Of a stretch of DNA of 40,395 nt, positions 38,751-40,395 are shown piece after piece (the first letter of the stretch is position 1; every line of letters begins with the position of its first letter). A program made the translations under genes and the position numbers. Source of the DNA: Thermovirgaceae bacterium (GTDB lineage: Bacteria > Synergistota > Synergistia > Synergistales > Thermovirgaceae); assembly GCA_046542505.1 (NCBI GenBank), contig JBKHBH010000008.1:1-40395 (forward strand), in the 5' to 3' direction. The notes below the pieces were generated by a model, which was not told the DNA's origin, made no database searches, and worked only from the letters and a program-made list of their open reading frames with translations.

Positions 38751-39877
38751 GCAGTCAACGACATTTCAGGATTGAAGCCTCATGTGAAAAGACAGGCGCC
38801 CGTGCGGGTGTTCTCGAGACATCCCACGGGGCGGTGAAAACCCCTGTATTTATGCCTGTTGGGACCAGGGCGACGGTCAAGGCCATGGCTCCCTTCGAAC
38901 TCAAGGCCATCGGAGCGCAGGTCATATTGTCCAACACCTATCATCTTTACCTTCGCCCCGGTCCTGAATTAATCGCCGAAGCGGGAGGGCTGCACCGCTT
39001 CATGGGCTGGGACAGGCCCATCCTGACCGACAGCGGAGGGTTCCAGGTCTTTTCGCTTTCCGATCTCAGAGAAGTGACCGATGAGGGGGTGCATTTCCAG
39101 TCCCATCTCGATGGGAGCAAACATTTCTTGACTCCGGAACTGGCCGTCAGGATTCAGGAACAACTTGAGGGCGATATCGCCATGTGTTTCGATGAATGTG
39201 TCCGTTATCCGTGCAGCGAAAAAGAATCCGCACAGGCCGTGGACAGGACCCTGGAGTGGGCGGCGAGGTGCAGCCGCGCCCGTGAGCGGGAAGACCAGCT
39301 CCTTTTCGGAATCGTCCAGGGATCGGTCTTCGCCTCTCACAGGCGCCGTTGCGCAGAAGCCCTTTCGGATATGGATTTTCCGGGATACGGCATCGGCGGA
39401 CTCTCGGTGGGGGAACCTCACGAGAACATGTACGAAATGCTTGATGAGCTGGACGATGTTCTCCCCGACGGGAAACCACGCTACCTCATGGGTGTGGGAT
39501 ACCCTCCCAACCTTGTCGAGGGCGTTGCACGAGGGGTCGACATGTTCGACTGCGTGCTGCCTACAAGACTTGGCCGGAACGGTACGGTTTTTACCTGGGC
39601 GGGGCGGATGAATATAAAAAACAGCATCTATGAACGGGATTTTTCGCCAATCGACCCAGAATGCACATGTTATGCCTGCAGAACTGCCTCCAGGGCTTAT
39701 ATCAGGCACTTATACCGGTCGGGCGAGATCCTGGCTTCTCGTCTGTGTACCTGGCATAACCTTCACTTTTTGCAGAAGCTGATGGAACGAATGAGAGAAG
39801 CCATATTCGAAGGCACTTTCGAAAGCCTGCGCAGAGGGTTTCATGAAAATTTCAGGGATGGTGAAGGTTTCCGGTGA
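38747..39877 (+). CDS. tgt: tRNA-guanine(34) transglycosylase
   Basis: 'TPVFMPVGT', 'NTYHL', 'TDSGGFQ', 'GGLSVGE', 'YLMGVG', 'FDCV', Zn site 'CTCYAC...HN'. Confidence 0.97.
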   Translation: MSSQRHFRIEASCEKTGARAGVLETSHGAVKTPVFMPVGTRATVKAMAPFELKAIGAQVILSNTYHLYLRPGPELIAEAGGLHRFMGWDRPILTDSGGFQVFSLSDLREVTDEGVHFQSHLDGSKHFLTPELAVRIQEQLEGDIAMCFDECVRYPCSEKESAQAVDRTLEWAARCSRAREREDQLLFGIVQGSVFASHRRRCAEALSDMDFPGYGIGGLSVGEPHENMYEMLDELDDVLPDGKPRYLMGVGYPPNLVEGVARGVDMFDCVLPTRLGRNGTVFTWAGRMNIKNSIYERDFSPIDPECTCYACRTASRAYIRHLYRSGEILASRLCTWHNLHFLQKLMERMREAIFEGTFESLRRGFHENFRDGEGFR

Positions 39878-40395
39878 ACACCAGGATCGTACCTGTCGAC
39901 AAATGGAATCCTGACGAAAAGATCCTTGAATATGCCGCAGGGATCCTGAGGGATGGTGGGCTCGTGGCGTTTCCCACGGAGACGGTCTATGGCCTCGGTG
40001 CCAATGCCCTCGACGGCAGGGCGGTCTCGGGTATCTTCTCCGCCAAAAGGCGCCCTGGGGACAACCCTCTTATCGTTCATGTCTGGTCGAAACATCAGGC
40101 TTTCGAGATTGCGGAGGTCGAAACAGATGCGGAGCTCCTTATGGAAAGGTTCTGGCCGGGCCCTCTCACCCTGGTTCTGCCAGCGAAGAATATCGTTCCG
40201 AAAGAAGTAACGGCGGGGCTGGATACAGTGGCGGTCAGAATGCCCGACCACCCCGTCGCCTTGGGACTGCTGGAGCGTGCGGGCCTTCCAGTCGCCGCCC
40301 CGAGTGCGAACCGGAGCGGAAGGCCGAGCCCGACGTCGGCGCAGGCCGTGTATGATGATCTGGCAGGCGAGATTCCCCTGATTCTTGATGCCGGC
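39874..40395 (+). CDS. sua5: L-threonylcarbamoyladenylate synthase Sua5/TsaC, 3'-truncated and absent from the ORF track
   Basis: Manual translation from GTG 39874: MNTRIVPVDKWNPD...'LVAFPTETVYGLGA', 'KRRPGDNPLIVH', 'FWPGPLT', 'VAVRMP', 'APSANRSG.PSPT'. Open to the window end. Confidence 0.95.
   Translation, partial: MNTRIVPVDKWNPDEKILEYAAGILRDGGLVAFPTETVYGLGANALDGRAVSGIFSAKRRPGDNPLIVHVWSKHQAFEIAEVETDAELLMERFWPGPLTLVLPAKNIVPKEVTAGLDTVAVRMPDHPVALGLLERAGLPVAAPSANRSGRPSPTSAQAVYDDLAGEIPLILDAG

Noticed and set aside
38747..39877. tgt as a DpdA-like DNA-modification or queuine-salvage variant
   Set aside because: It has standard bacterial preQ1-type residues ('FDEC', 'GGLSVGE') and a housekeeping context, with no dpd genes nearby.

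Overview
A gene-dense, roughly 55-57% GC (estimated by eye) bacterial core-genome segment with 36 CDSs, all on the + strand. I could not support any tRNA, rRNA, CRISPR array or mobile element. Gene order: AI-2E transporter (5'-truncated), mobB, K+-dependent Na+-type membrane pyrophosphatase, dnaG-rpoD, S4 RNA-binding protein, eno, rex, yajC-secD-secF, radical SAM/SPASM enzyme, LapA-domain protein, recJ, rel, dtd, MBL hydrolase, radC, mreBCD, mrdA, minCDE, rodA, TIGR03960/TIGR03936-like radical SAM pair, RNase E/G, smc, tRNA m6A37 methyltransferase, rsmI, metG, tatD, tgt, sua5 (3'-truncated). Clostridia-like gene order, a short SigA-type RpoD, Rex, a Na+-PPase and a LapA domain suggest an anaerobic diderm, possibly Synergistota (inference only). 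I see no clear new multi-gene system. The best leads are: (1) a separately promoted radical SAM/SPASM gene, possibly a membrane-spanning lipid synthase, with a ~160-nt leader that also holds a Gly/Cys-rich small ORF; (2) two tandem minus-strand terminators after rpoD with no minus-strand gene; (3) a strong terminator splitting yajC from secDF; (4) a repeated and switchable element around the PPase promoter; (5) a missing canonical start codon in the RNase E/G gene; (6) a Rel enzyme combining an intact HD hydrolase motif with a RelA-like QFDD synthetase motif.
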